A stretch of 63,992 nt of DNA, filler included, from Hyphochytrium catenoides (GCA_900088475.1; 16 parts of 16 records of this genome joined end to end with filler, not necessarily neighbours in it), one strand, 5' to 3'; counted from the first letter of the whole stretch, positions 1 to 13,207 are shown. Numbers and translations are program-made. Notes: generated by a model from the sequence alone, not told the origin.

Positions 1-1740
1 AATTTAATTGTGCTCTAAACGCCATTTTAAAGCTCCAGCTGAGCGCTATCCAGCAAGTTGTTAATATCGTAATAGTTGCAGAGAAACTTGATCGCTAGTT
101 TATTAGAACTGTATGGAAGCTTTCACGAGTGAGTCATGCCTGAACCTTTCGTCACCAAATTGATTAAAAAGGGCTTTTCATCTGCTATACCAGCTTTGGA
201 CTACATTCACAAATCTGTTCCCGTTCGTAATGTGATAAGCTGGGCAAAATGATGGTCTAGGAAATAATGGTTCTGTGACCCAACTAATAGAAGGCGGTTT
301 TAGAACCCAAAGGCAAGGATAAAGAGCCAGGACAGCTATGAGAATCCTATAGATTTATACCTTTATGAGGTGGAAGAGGTACGGAAATAGAGAATTCTTA
401 TTTTTTCAAGTTTCCTCTTCTTCTTCCGCTCCACCAGCTCTCTAAGCCTTATACCTTTCTTTCCTTCTCAAATAATGCTCCGTCTCTCTCCTACTCCTCT
501 TTCTCTTGTCTATTCTCTTGTCTACAATAAATGAGTTGACAGTTAAGGCCTTATAAGGAGGTGCTCATAACTGCGAGTACAGGTGTAGAACTAACCCTCC
601 AAGGCCGAGCAGAGCTCCTTTCCAGTACCAAAAGTATCTCTGGGTGATTGTTGGGCATAGGCTTTCAACAAGTAAAGGGACCAGCAGAAAGAGCCCATCC
701 GTGCAACAATCGGCGTTTGGGTGTAGATATCACTGTTCCTAGTAACGTTTTGGTTGGTACTGAAGTGTTACTGCCAACAATCTCTCACAGGTTTACGAGT
801 GCTGGTCGTCCTCTCTCGTCTCTCCTTGTCACACCGCCGATAGTACAGACGGATCTCTGTCCTCCTGCAACGCAGTAATGCAGAGATGGTGTTTCATAGA
901 GTGCCTCAGCCTGCACACATTGAGAATGTGGTCCTGGGAGTGTCCTGGGTCACCTTCCCGGAGCTGTTGCTGGAGGGCTTCTATAGTGTGGTCATCAGAG
1001 GCGAAGTCTTTCTTGCTTGTTATTGACCACCTTTTATAAAAAGAAGTGAAGAGTACTATTACAAATCGCTATGCTACCCTACTAGTAATAAACCTACCAA
1101 CTCTTAAGGCCTATTATACTACAACCTCTTGGACTGCGGCTCCACCTCTCCTCCGTCGTCGCATCTGCTGCAGTTGTTGCTGTTGCTTGCTGTAGAACAT
1201 GGTGACTGCGCACCATCTGTTGCATTACAGCGCTGGAAATGTGTTGATATCCTCTCACAGATGGAACTAAAGAGAGAAGAAGAAGACAAACCCCCTCTTC
1301 CGCACTTGTCGGCGCGAACTGCTCTAATCCTCCTGTGGCGGAGCGATTCGTGGACTTCCGTGGTAGCTCCACCAAATGTCTCCCACCAGACCAGCGGGAC
1401 GAAACCATATCATCCTGCTTAGGGTTATTCCTCCGCGTAACGAGCGAGCTTGGCATCATGACCTAACCTAGCAACGTAACCAGCCTCGAGCGCTGCAGCA
1501 TCATGCTGAATGTAGTATGTGTGTTGAAGCTTGTATCGTCTCATAGTAGTCCTACAGGTAGTAATGGGCCTTCTTCTTGCATTATTGCTTTTATTTATGC
1601 CGCCGTTTACCACAGTTATTACTTGCCGCCCACCACTAAATAGAGTAAAGATAATAGAGCAGAGAAGGCCAGCGCTGGTTGATGGTCCGTCAATTTGACT
1701 TGCTTGACCAAACCAAGATCAAAAGCATCAGAAGTCAAAA

Positions 1741-1910
1741 ACTATGATTCTTCTTTTACTGATGATGAGCAGTGAGCAGGTCGAGCTGAGATGATGGAAG
1801 AGCCTTTGGCTTCTTAGCTTTTCTTCTCTTCTTCTGCCTCTTCTTCTTCTTCACTTTCTTCTTCTTCTAGAATCAGTCTGTTAGTAGCGATAGTAGTTCT
1901 AGTAGTTTTT
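1741..1910 (-). repeat. Dispersed repeat; inverted copy of ~16630-16795
   Basis: The reverse complement (…gaagaaaagctaagaagc…ctcagctcgacc…ctgctcatcatcagtaaa…gaagaatcatagtt) aligns by eye to 16630-16795. Confidence 0.8.
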
Positions 1911-1969
1911 CATGCGCCCAGATGGTACGCAGTCGCCTTCCCTTGCCACGGGCAATCCGTGAGGATCAT

Positions 1970-2069
1970 NNNNNNNNNNNNNNNNNNNNNNNNNNNNNNN
2001 NNNNNNNNNNNNNTTAATTAATTAANNNNNNNNNNNNNNNNNNNNNNNNNNNNNNNNNNNNNNNNNNNN
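1970..2069. other. Artificial scaffold linker (N44-TTAATTAATTAA-N44); also starting at ~5408, 13108, 15563, 23716, 24911, 39490, 42978, 45110, 47101, 55048, 56393, 57627, 60220, 62072
   Basis: The same 100-nt spacer with stops in all six frames occurs 15 times, and genes and TEs are cut abruptly at it. Confidence 0.97.
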
Positions 2070-2314
2070 CGAACGCTCTCCAGCAGTCCGTGCCACTGGT
2101 CCAGGAAGAAGAGCAAGTCGCAACGTAAGAAGTTGGCGTCTGGGGTCCAGTGAGAGGTTCCTGGTAGGGTTGTTATAGCTTCAGATTCTTCTAATGACCC
2201 AACGGCTCATAGTTACACGCCTTTAACGACTCCCTCAGCGTCGAAGACTCTCGTTCGAATGTGCGTCTATCCCTTCTCCCATTTCTCTCGGTCCTCCCTT
2301 CTCTTTCTTTCTAC

Positions 2315-2330
2315 TTAGGGTTAGGGTTAG
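2315..2330 (+). repeat. Short interstitial telomere-like tract TTAGGGTTAGGGTTAG
   Basis: About 2.7 units of the repeat that forms the telomere at 62172. Confidence 0.55.
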
Positions 2331-3210
2331 CCGACCCTCCTTGTCTCTCCTCTCTGGCTGTGTGTGTACGTGTGGCTCTCTCCCTTGATCCCTCTCCGTG
2401 TCTGTCCGTCTATCTGTGTCTCTCTTTATCTGTCACATGCATACACATACAAACACAAATAGTAGACGAGATATCACTCCACATCTGTATAGCTAGTCTC
2501 TCTGGTCTGGCCTTGGACCAACCTCACAATCAGACGCTGCACAACCTCATCCCAGCTATAGCACACCTTTTTCCATTCTTTGTCCTACCTGTGGGTAGAC
2601 TTGGGACGGGAATCCTATCTCTTCCCGTCTTTTCTTGGTCATATCTTGCCAAGGGTTAGAGGACGAGCCCGCCCAGAACAGGATCTCCGACAGAGTGATG
2701 AAAGCTTCCGATCCCGAGAGGCCCTTGGAAACCTCGGACAAGGTTTCATTGAACGACAGACGAAAAGAGGAGTACTTATAGCGAGAGACGTCGGGAGAAG
2801 ACAATGTAGCTCTTTGCTGCGCCGCAAGGGAGCAGTTCTGCAGTGTGACGAGAAGGAATAAAGAGGGGAGTAGTATGCCCGCGGGGCTTTTAGTTTCTTT
2901 CATCCTTTTGAGGTCTTCCATGTGTCGCTCACGCCGTAGGGAATGAACAGATCACTTCTCAGTCTCTAAACGATCTTAGCCTTATCACATCACACCGTTC
3001 TACTTCACCCATTGACTCATTGCCCTGCTCTGGACCACCACATTGGAAGGCCTGAGAGAGCGAGAGGAAGAGGGAGGAGCCACTGAGTGCTACCCTGTCA
3101 CCCAGTGGTTAGAGAGTCGCCGCCGGAGATGGGCAGGGTAAAGAGTGTAGATGCCCAAGAAACTTTAGCGAGCAGCAGGTCTCCGGTACAGCGCCCGGGT
3201 CGCTGAAGAA

Positions 3211-3306
3211 GCGTGGCAAGCGGCAGTCGAGGGAGGGCGTGGCAAGCGGCAGTCGAGGGAGGGCGCGGCCAGCGGCAGTCGAGGGAGGGGGTGGCAAGCG
3301 GCAGTC
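3211..3306 (+). repeat. 26-bp GC-rich minisatellite, ~3.7 copies
   Basis: Unit gcgtggcaagcggcagtcgagggagg starts at 3211, 3237, 3263 and 3289 (partial). Confidence 0.9.
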
Positions 3307-5808
3307 TCTAGGTTCTGGTCCTTGGGGCACCGCCTGTTACCTTTCGATGGGAAAAAGACTGAGAAAAAAACCAACCTCGGATCGGTAACTGATCTGATCC
3401 TCGTGGGAAGTAGGGATTCTGGAAGGATTTTGAATCTCGAGCTCGACTCAGTTAGAGATAGAGAGAGAGAGAAAGAGAGAGAGAGAGAGGGAGAGTCAGT
3501 GGGAAAGGTAGATGGAAAGACAGAGTGTGCAGAGAGGAAGGAGACAGGAGCCGAAAAGGAAAAGAAGGGAGGACAGAAAGGCGTGAGAGACAGAGAGAGA
3601 GAGAGAGAAAGGGAAGGAAGAGAGAGCGAGTGAGTGAGGAGAGCGCTCACAGATGACGACCAAATAGCAGAGGTGATGCAGAGAGAAAGGAGGAACTGGG
3701 GATGAGAGACCAAGGTGCAAGGGAAGCCGAGGCTGATGATGATGCTGACGACTACATCCGACTAACAGATCCGAATCGCCCTCCCTAGCACTCTGCTAGC
3801 GCCAACGGCCGAGCAGCGACAGTGAGGACCCTGCGGAGAGACAGTGGCTCCAGCTGTAGAGGGAGGTGCGGTGCCAGCCTGATCGGCCCTGTCGCCAGAG
3901 GAAATTATAGAGCAGATAAGTGTAGAGAAGTCTGGGCTAGGAGAGTGGAGAAAGAGAAGCAGGAGGATGCTGCCGCGAGGCGTAGAAAAGACCATACTCT
4001 CTTAGCGTAGCCCTCACTACCTCTGACTCCCGCCCTTGCCTGCCACCTGAGGTGTGCAACCGGGGGATGCACTGAGCTCAGTGCGGGCATCGTATTGGCG
4101 ACAAGACTGAAATTAGGAGCAATATGGGGAGACGGGGTCTCTCTCTCCGCTAGGCGCTCCGGTGTTCTTTACTTGGCGCGTACTGGCGCTAGACTGTATT
4201 CGATTTGCCAGTCTTTCCTTCTCATTCCCTCGCCGGGAATACTAGCCGCTGGGCCATGCGGCCCGCTGCTCCTGTCAGCGTGGATGAGGTAGCCAGCAGC
4301 GATGATGCTCCGATCTGTCTTGATCAGCTGATTCTCTTCAGTATTGTCCACATCCGTCAAACGCGTTGGGATGCTCTTGCTGTTCTCTCTTGGCCTTTCA
4401 GTTCTGAAGCTGCACTTTCTGTCACACCACAGAAGAATCACATTTCTTCTCTGCCTCTCTTTTCCCTAGCTAATCCAAAAGAGACAGAAGGAGCTAGCCG
4501 AGATTCAAAGGCGGAAGCTGGAGTCTCCAGTTGTCCAGAGTGCTCAGCGTCATGTACTGGCCACCAGGCGAAGCCGAGTGTCCCCGCCCACATCCTTCTC
4601 TTCCTCTCACCAGATCTCAGCGCTCGGAGGGAGTGCGAGGTTTGAAGGTATTGATAACGGGAACCAAAGGTTGGAAAAAAGAGATATATTGGGGGACAGA
4701 GGGCGGCGCGCCGGGGAAAGGGACATGTAGAGATGCTTAAGCCACAGACGCAGCGGGAAAAGAAGGAGAGTAAGAAGTGTCGAGGCGATACCGTTGAGTA
4801 GATGAGGACGCAGTCTTGGTACAATGAATTAGGAGGAACAACAACAACTACACAGGGGAGAGATTGTGTTAGAAACGAGAGAATAGTGGAGACACTCATA
4901 GTCGCTCGTGCTCTGATCTATCAGCTGCAGATACCAGTTTTGGGAACCTCTCGGCGGTCACAGCTCTCCCAGACGCACAAACATCAGTAGATAGATCCTC
5001 AGACAGCCTCGACCTCTTCTCCTCAAGAACCAATCTTTCCACTTCGTCTCTCGGGAAAGAGGGGGAGAAAGATGGAGAACTAAGAAGACCGAGGGAGCCA
5101 CGGAGCAAGTATGCCAAACAGCGCCTCTTGTACGAGGTGAAAATTGAAGATGAACAGAGCTCCACTCCCGGTTCCACGCCGTCCAGGTACCTTATTCTAA
5201 TTCCTCTGCGTGTTGGATATGGCCGTTCGTCCCATGCAGTCTTCCAGCCGTGTTCGGTGGGCGTGCCCCTTACTCAGACCTACAGTGCGTCTGGAGGGCA
5301 CGTTATCTTCTATGAACCATTAGTCCCAGGCGTCTCGTTTCGGGTTGCTTCTCTCTTTTCACTTATTATGGCTCTTTTTATACAACTCTTACGAGTCTCA
5401 TACATTGNNNNNNNNNNNNNNNNNNNNNNNNNNNNNNNNNNNNNNNNNNNNTTAATTAATTAANNNNNNNNNNNNNNNNNNNNNNNNNNNNNNNNNNNNN
5501 NNNNNNNCGCGCGAGAGAGAGAGAGAGAGAGAGAGAGGAGGGTGAAATAGAGGTTGACTAGGGAGAGAGAACAGAAGAGGAGGAGAGAGAGAAAGAGAGA
5601 GTAAGAGGGAGGGGAGAGAGAGAAAGAGACGGGGTCAAAGTTATATTTATCTCTCTTTTCCCTCTCCTGTCCTCTTGGAGGCACTATTCTTTGATTATCC
5701 TACTTCTTTCCTCTCTCTGTCCCCTTTCTCGTTTAATTTTTCTATCTCTTCTCGTGGACTCTTCTTCTATTGCTTTTCTTATGGATTATCCCGTGTATTA
5801 GACTCTGC

Positions 5809-8800
5809 AATGGGCCATAGCAGAAAAGATGAAGAGAGAAGAGAAAAGGAGGCGCCTCGCAGCTCTCAAATTGCAGGTAAGCCGGCCCTTTGGTCATTTT
5901 TTTCTCTCTCTCAAGCTCTCTTTCTCTCTTCTCTTGGCCTTCAGTAGGTAGTCAACAGCAATCTCTCTCTTGAGCTCTCCTCCTCTCTCTCTCTCTTTTT
6001 TCAACTTCACCACAGCCCTATGTCCTCCATACTTTCTTGCTATATGCAAGCAGATCTAGGACATCTTTGAGTTGAATTTATTGCCTGTATGTCTCTCTCT
6101 CTCTCTCTCTTCTTTCTCTCTTTGTTGATTCATTATTTACTAAGGGGCTCTTGGGTCTTTCTGTTTCTCTCGTTCACCCTAGAAATGGCTGAGGCAATCG
6201 TTTGAGAGGTCTCGCCTCATACTCACTCTCTCTCGCCTACATCTCCGGCGGAAAGAGAAAGAGAGAAAGGCCAAGGCCACTGCTGTCATCCTCAATTTCT
6301 TCTCTACTTTCTTTCTTCTTTCTGGGTGGAACAGAAGACGAAGACGAAGAAAGAGATTGGAGAGCTTGTTAGCGAGAGGCTTAGAGAGTAGGAGAAAAGA
6401 GAGTGTACGAAAGATAGTGCGATGGAGTAAGACACTATTAGGAGAATGGAAAAGACAGAGAGAAGAAAGAAAGTCAAGAGAGAGAGAGATGATGCTGAGC
6501 CAAGAGAGAGAGAGCAGAGCTAGGGAAGAGGCAGAGGAAAAACGTAGAAAGTTGCCTCCGTCGCAGCCTTTGAGGTAGGCCTCTCTCGTCTTCTTCTCCA
6601 AAATTTGACTAGCCCATACTCGCAATCTATCTCTCTTTTCTCTCTCTCCCTTTCTTTCTTTAGTGTGTCTCCGTCTCTATGCCTCTCTAACTTCTTTATC
6701 TGCTGGCGTGTCGTGGCAAATTAGTGTTCAGGATAAGCGTGCCTCTCAGCTCATGATGTCAAGGAATGTGTTACGTCAACGGATGAGAAGGAATGGACTC
6801 ATTGTAAGTTAAACCTTTGGGCTGATTTTTGCTTTTCTCTCTCGCTCTTTCTCTCTCAATCCTTAGATCGATTATTTGCCCCTGGCGTTCTCTGCTCAAA
6901 AGCTTCCCTCTCTTCGTCTATTCCCAAGCCGTAACTCTACTCCTCTCGGGTCGCACTCTTCTAGAGTCTCTCACCTTCTCCCGGTTGTCAAAGCTTCTCT
7001 TTCTGCCCTTTGCCCTCTTGCTCACCACATGTCCACAACCCTTAAATTTGCCCTCTCCTCCTCGATACTTCCCGTTATCTGTTCCCTCTCCGCGACTTCT
7101 GTTCTACTTTTCTCTTTCCGTTTCCTCTACTTCCTCTTAGCCAGTTTCTTTTCTTCTTCCCAAACAGCTCTCTAGCACCGGAGTTCCTGTCTCTAATCCT
7201 TTTCTCGTTCTTTTGGGTCCTTCTCTCTCGCTCTCCGTCTCCACATGCGAGGTACCACAACTCCAATGCCTAAGTCTCTCTCTCTTTTGTTCTTCTGTGC
7301 TAGCTTGAGGATGATCGGACGGTCGAGCAGATCGCTGCTTTCCTCCTGCAGTTCTGGTATCGAACTCGCACAGCACACCGCGCCTTCCGTTGGGCAAGAG
7401 AGGCTGCAAGAGCCACAGAGAGAAGAGAGGCAGCAGAAACCATCCAGCGAAAGTTCAGACGATGGCACTGGGAGAGGGTACGTAAGAGAGAGCATAAGGG
7501 CTAGAAGACTGCGCCAAAAGGGCGGATGAGCACGGAAGAGAGAGAAAGACGACGACAGACAGAGAGAGATAAGCATGACAGCTCCCGACAGGCTACCACG
7601 GGTTAGTTCCTCAGAAGACCTGGTTACCTTGCTTAGGCTCTCCTCTCTGGATAGCTCTCGCTAGTCCCTCTGCTCCTAAATCTTTGTCTTCTACACTTCC
7701 AGTTCCGGGCGATCAAAAGGCAAGTACAAGCTCTTCTTCAACAGAAGCACAAAGGGGAAGAACTCCGGCAGACATTGGAGAAAGAATCAGCGGCCCTGGC
7801 GGTCGAGAAGAGCCAGCTAGAGACAAAAGTAAAGGGACAACGTGAGTCAGACTGCCGGATAACATTAATCTCTGTCATCCCTTTGTTATTGTTTCTTACT
7901 GTGCCCTGCCCCTTACATTACCCTTCTCTCTCCTAGAGGACTTCCTCTCTCGCCTAAGAGCAGAGGTGGAAGCAGCCCGAGCGCCTGGCAGTCGCGGTGT
8001 CAGTACTGGAGTGTTGACAGACGGCGTTCCTGTCTATTATCCTGTGCATGTACTCATTAGAGAAGTGGCGGGACGGGTGAAGACAGTGGAAAAGAGCCTT
8101 CGGAGTAATGTACGCGATATCGGCTCTCGTTTCTCTCTCTCTCTCCCTCGCTACTTCTCTGTGTCTCTCTCGGTCCCTCGGTACTGCTTACATAATGATG
8201 GATCAATACGCTTGCTTGGTCCATCTCTCTGTCTTACCTCTAGAGAATCCTCTCACTCTCCTATTGAAAAGTCTGACATCCTGCGATATCTTTAGGAAGA
8301 GCAACTGGCCACCGTCGATCGAAAGCTCGATCATATCGAGAAAGACAGGCTCCCATCTCTCTTCTCTACAACTCGTCGATTAGATCACAGTCTTTCCTCT
8401 CTCTCTGCAGAGAGAGGAAGACTTCTTGCTTTACATCAGGCAGTGGAGGCCAAGCAGCTGGCCAGAGAGGCAAAACTTCGTCATTTAAAGCGGCCGATGC
8501 GGCATAACGTAGAAGAGCTTCGGCGTCATCTACAGCTAGGAACCGTTGAAAGCATCCTTGACAGTTTCTTGTCTCTAAGCAATAGTCAGAACTTCATTTC
8601 TCGTAGCATGCAGCTGATAAACGAGGAGGAGGGAGAGACAGAGATAGGATGCGCTGAGAAGAGAGAGAGGAGAAAAGAGAGAGCAGATATTCTCTCATCT
8701 TCGCCAACCTTAGAGAATCTTCATCGTATTCAAACGCTAGAGCTCCTGGCGGTGATGAAACCTTTGCTCGGACTGTGGAGGCGGACTGTGGAGTACGAAA

Positions 8801-8870
8801 GCGGCCCGGAGATCATTGAGATGGAGCCGCAGAAGCAGGTGGAGCTCAAACCGGACTATCATTTGACTCT
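5809..8870 (+). CDS. Probable upstream exons (charged/coiled-coil) of a multi-exon gene, possibly the Ig-domain gene
   Basis: Open R/K/E-rich segments (e.g. ~6183-6575, 7300-7480, 8410-8860) are bounded by pyrimidine-tract AG and GT sites. The exon chain is not resolved. Confidence 0.4.
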
Positions 8871-9216
8871 ATCGGTCCCCCTCTCGTGCTCCCTCGCAGT
8901 ACCCTACTGATAATTCTCCTTCATCCATCCCAGCTGTTCCGCTCCGTTTTTTGCCTTGATGTGGGCTCTTTCCCTGTGCTGGGGCACCATCAATCTTTCT
9001 TTGTCTCGTGATCTCAGCTGGTTGTGGTGAGAACTCCTCTATGCCACATCCCACAGCAGAGTGCTTCTTTACTAGATTCCGTTCCTTTGTGTATGACTTC
9101 TTACCCCATTCTCTGCCTCTCCTGGCCTTCTCAGTTGTCCGTTGGGGTCATTGTTTGAAGTCTTGCAGGCAGATTGAGGGGCATCTTATGTGTTTCTTTC
9201 TCTACTTCGACTCTAG

Positions 9217-10210
9217 GTGATCACCTTACCTGGTGGGAGCGTACAGCTCCGCTTACTGGTGAGAGGGGCCTGGCCTCTGTCCTATCAGTGGAATAACTCT
9301 GGCTTCCCTCTTCAAGATGTGAAGGTGGTAAGTAGGAGAGAATGGCGAGAGGAAGGAGAGACGCGACTCCATGAGGAAGTTGTCTTCATGTTGGAGAATG
9401 CAAGAGTCGAAGTCCATCACGGTTGGTATCGATGCAGTGTGAGCAACAGAAGTGGCAGAGGAGAGACGGCGGCAGTGAATGTCTGTGTTTTAGAGCCGCC
9501 GCGCCTCCTGTCTGATTTACCGAGATCCATGGCAATTGAAGAAGCCGGCACTCTCAGGTTATCTGTCATCTGCACTGGCAGGTAAGGATTGAGGAACTAG
9601 ATGGAAACGGGCATCATGAGGGAGAGAAATCATGAGACATACCATAAAGTGTCAATGCTCTGAAGCGGAAGGCGGGAATAATGTTACGAGAGACTCCGGA
9701 AGGTAGAATTCAGAGGGAGAAGGTAGTCCAAAGAGTGAACAGAAGCAAAAGATGGGTGATCTGCTAGTCATTAGAGATAGGGTTGGAAGGAGGCCACCGA
9801 ATAGAAAGGGCTTCTGAGCTGGATGAGTGGAAGTGAGGCGTGGTAGAGCAGTGAAATAGGTAAAGGATGAGGCGTGGGACAAGCACTTGAGAGAAGTAGC
9901 AGCCCAGTAGGTCAAAGCATGTTTTCACATTGATTGAGAATCCTGCCCCCATTGCTTTCTTTTTCTCTCACTCTTTCTTGTGCTCTTCCCTCCGTTCAGC
10001 CCGCCCCTTCGTTATCTATGGCACAAGGACCGCGATATCCTTCCATCGGATCCTTTGAGCAGCCAACTGGTACTCGGCGTTGTAGCCTCCGAAGATAGTG
10101 GCTGCTATCACTGCGTTGTTCGTAATGAAGCGGGAGAATGCAGCTCCTCCTCTCTTCAGCTCAGCGTCTTCCGAGCTTCGGGAGAGAGAAGGAAGACGGA
10201 ATCCAGTTAA
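9217..10210 (+). CDS. Last two exons (9217-9581, 10000-10210) encoding two tandem immunoglobulin (I-set-like) domains
   Basis: Motifs PLSYQW…HGWYRCSVSNRSG and LSVICTG|SPPLRYLWHKD…EDSGCYHCVVRNEAG. A phase-2 GT-AG intron (9582-9999) joins the frames; TAA at 10210. Confidence 0.8.
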
Positions 10211-10393
10211 AGTGCTCCCACCAATCCGTGCAAGGAGTGGGCCGGGCAGACACTTCAGAAGTAGCTATTATACATTGCCCTGAACCAGGCTAATAGAGCT
10301 CCATTGCCTACTGTCAGGAGGCTAGGCAAAATGGCGGTAATAGAGATAGAGACAAGTGAGGATCAAGAGAGTTGCGAGCAGAAGATGGACTGA

Positions 10394-12271
10394 TTAGCTG
10401 ATAATGGTAATAGCGGGTCTGCTTTCGTTCTTAAAAAAGACAGCGGAGCGAAGAGACAAGTATGTATCAGGGCGAAAGCGGAGATATTGAGATGTACGAG
10501 TGAGCGATGGAGCAGTATCAGAAAGGATATACCTGTATCCTATCCAGTGGCGAGATATTAAGGCACAAAGCAGCGCTGCGATCCCCAGCATAAAGGAGAG
10601 ACAGCCCACCATGAACTGGGTCCACTCTGGGCTAGAGAAAAGTAATATGAAAGCACTGTCCAGTATAGATCCTGGCTCAGCTTTGTTGTGCTGCCCGACC
10701 GCCACGAAAATGCCACCCTACAGAGAACGAAAGGGAGGGGAGAGAGATATAGAGACAGGTAGATAGATAGATCGATAGAAGATTAAGACAGGACGAGAAT
10801 GAGAACGAGGAACCAAGCACGTTGGAATAGCTCTGAGAATGGTAATTCAAGGTATGCCCAAGGGATTGTTGTAAAGTGCATTTGCAGTTGAACTGAAGGC
10901 AGGAGAGTGAAGAGCTGGATCTCGTAGAAAGGGCTGTTCTTACATTATGTCGGACGACTGCCCCTTCTCGATACCATTTGTTTTCCTCCCATGCTTGCGG
11001 GTTCACCTGCAGCCATTCACAAATGAGCCAAAACGCAATGACAGTGGTGAGTCACAGATCCGGATTGATTAGAACAGAGATTATGCATCTCGTCGAGGGG
11101 CAGACGAGGAAGAGTAGGACACGACCAATGTAAGGTAGGGTTAGATGAGCGGATTGGGTCCAAAGGAAGGGAGGCACCAACGGCTAACCTGGGAGGTTAG
11201 AACCATTTGCCAGCCATGAAGATCCTCAGCGCGCTCTCGGAGCGCCAACCTCGCCGCCCAGGTGTAGGAGGCGAACAAGATCATGGCTACGTTAAGAAAG
11301 CATATCACGACGGAGATGATGGCATTGACGAGATCAAAGTAGACGTTGCCAAACTGTGAGAACGTCATTGTAAATTTATTGGCTCTGACAGTAACTAAAA
11401 AGGCAGTTGGGCCACACACCTGGATAGAGAGTAGAGGTAGAAGACTTGTCAGATAAGTCCCCTCCAAGCAGCGGCTGAGAGGCAAATATGCTGGATGGAA
11501 GTGCTTTGCTTCCTCCAGCCTTAGCTCTAACCAATGGAACGTTATACCCCTAGAGAGGAGAAAGACGTTTGACAGTAGAGATGTAAGAGGATGGATACCA
11601 GCATCAAGGGAGGACGAGGAGAAAGGCAAGGAAAATAGAGAGAGGAAGATGAGAGTCCTGGAGGATGAGAAAGAGCAATCAGCTCCTTGGTACAGGCATC
11701 CTCACGTACGGAATAGCAAGAAGGAACGTTATCTTTGCCCATGATGTCTCATGAAAGGCATTGTGAACTACCGCCCCAAGCAGAACGCCAGAAACAAAGA
11801 GTACAAGCACTCTGATCCGACCAGACGTTGCGCGCAGAGACAATGAGGATATAGATAGGATGCCATGTCGCTGACATAGCTCCCACACGAGTCTTCTTGC
11901 TAGTAGGGTAGCCAGCAGGATCATCAAATGAAAGTTGTATCGGTAGAAGTTCTGAAGAAGAAGGAGTTAGGACCTTCCGGCACCTAGCAATGCTTTGAAG
12001 CACGGCGAAGTGGAAGAGGTTGGGCCACTTTACCTTGCCATAGAGTATGGTTTGATGGGCGATGAGGTGAAGGATGCAGTAGCTTGTCAGCACTACCTCC
12101 AAGGCACTGCGACGGTCCTTGTGCAGCACGATGACTCCTCCATCTTTGTTGACTTGAAGGTCCCTAGTCTCTTAAGAGGCGATCAGAACAAAACCTACAA
12201 GAGGCCCTCCATTATTAGCGCCTTACCTGCCGCGCGAGCTTTACTGGGAGCGAGACGCTTCTCCTTGTGTT
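10394..12271 (-). CDS. TMEM39: TMEM39-family multi-pass membrane protein, multi-exon; 5' end runs into an N gap
   Basis: LLARRLVW motif and C-terminal HGWQ…QAWEENKWYREGAVVRHN|GGIFVAVGQHNKAEPG…FILLFSSP resemble TMEM39A/B (LARRLVW; W…WPQGVLVKH…YKAVGHYNVAIP…FFFSNP). Ends are approximate. Confidence 0.75.
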
Positions 12272-13207
12272 NNNNNNNNNNNNNNNNNNNNNNNNNNNNN
12301 NNNNNNNNNNNNNNNNNNNNNNNNNNNNNNNNNNNNNNNNNNNNNNCCGTCGTCCTTAAGAGCGAGTAAGCGGCAGTCCCAATCAGATCACTTCATTGTC
12401 CCCTCCAGGACTACCCGCTAGTTGATAATCAACAGATATATCACGGCTGATCACTCTGTGACTGGCCTCTCACCTCTCACCCATCATAAAAGACCAATGA
12501 GCTCCCTGGTCCCCTATGATAACGAGGAGCTCGGCACTGGTCGCTGGTCATGGTGTCTGGTGGAGATCGAAGATGAAGATGAAGATTTATTTTTCAAGCT
12601 TCAAGAAGCAAAATCAATGCTCACTTTACAGAGGAATCAATCTCTTAGTCATCATGATTAGACTCTGTTCGGTTATCAAATGCTTTCCCCTGTAAGGAAG
12701 AAGAAGACGCGAACCTTCTGGAAATCATCTGTGTTACAACCCTAGCGGGAATCTCCAAACGTCCATCGCCTCAATCCACCCACCCATCTTCATAAATTAC
12801 AATAGGATCCTTAAGGATCCCCATCCACCTTGATGAGGCTCTGTCTAGCACTCCCCAGAGCGTCTCCAGTAGTGGCGGCTGTGGGGTGTGTGGTGAAGCT
12901 GGCAGCCTTGGCTCGCTGGTCTGTGCGGGGATAAAGAGCTTGACCGACAAACTGTATGGCGAGTCCTTCATCACGTTTCTATGGTCTTCCAGCCAACTGT
13001 CCCTCCGCTTACACTTTCTCTCTGTCAAGCAGGAAGTCTGTCGTCCTCTCCTCCCGGCATCGTTGCCTGTTCGTCAATCAAATCTATCCCGCTTGGTAAC
13101 CACCTGCNNNNNNNNNNNNNNNNNNNNNNNNNNNNNNNNNNNNNNNNNNNNTTAATTAATTAANNNNNNNNNNNNNNNNNNNNNNNNNNNNNNNNNNNNN
13201 NNNNNNN

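Noticed and set aside
250-420. Possible DIRS/gypsy RT remnant (LPLGSKTA on the minus strand)
   Set aside because: A single weak motif with stops around it and no YxDD.
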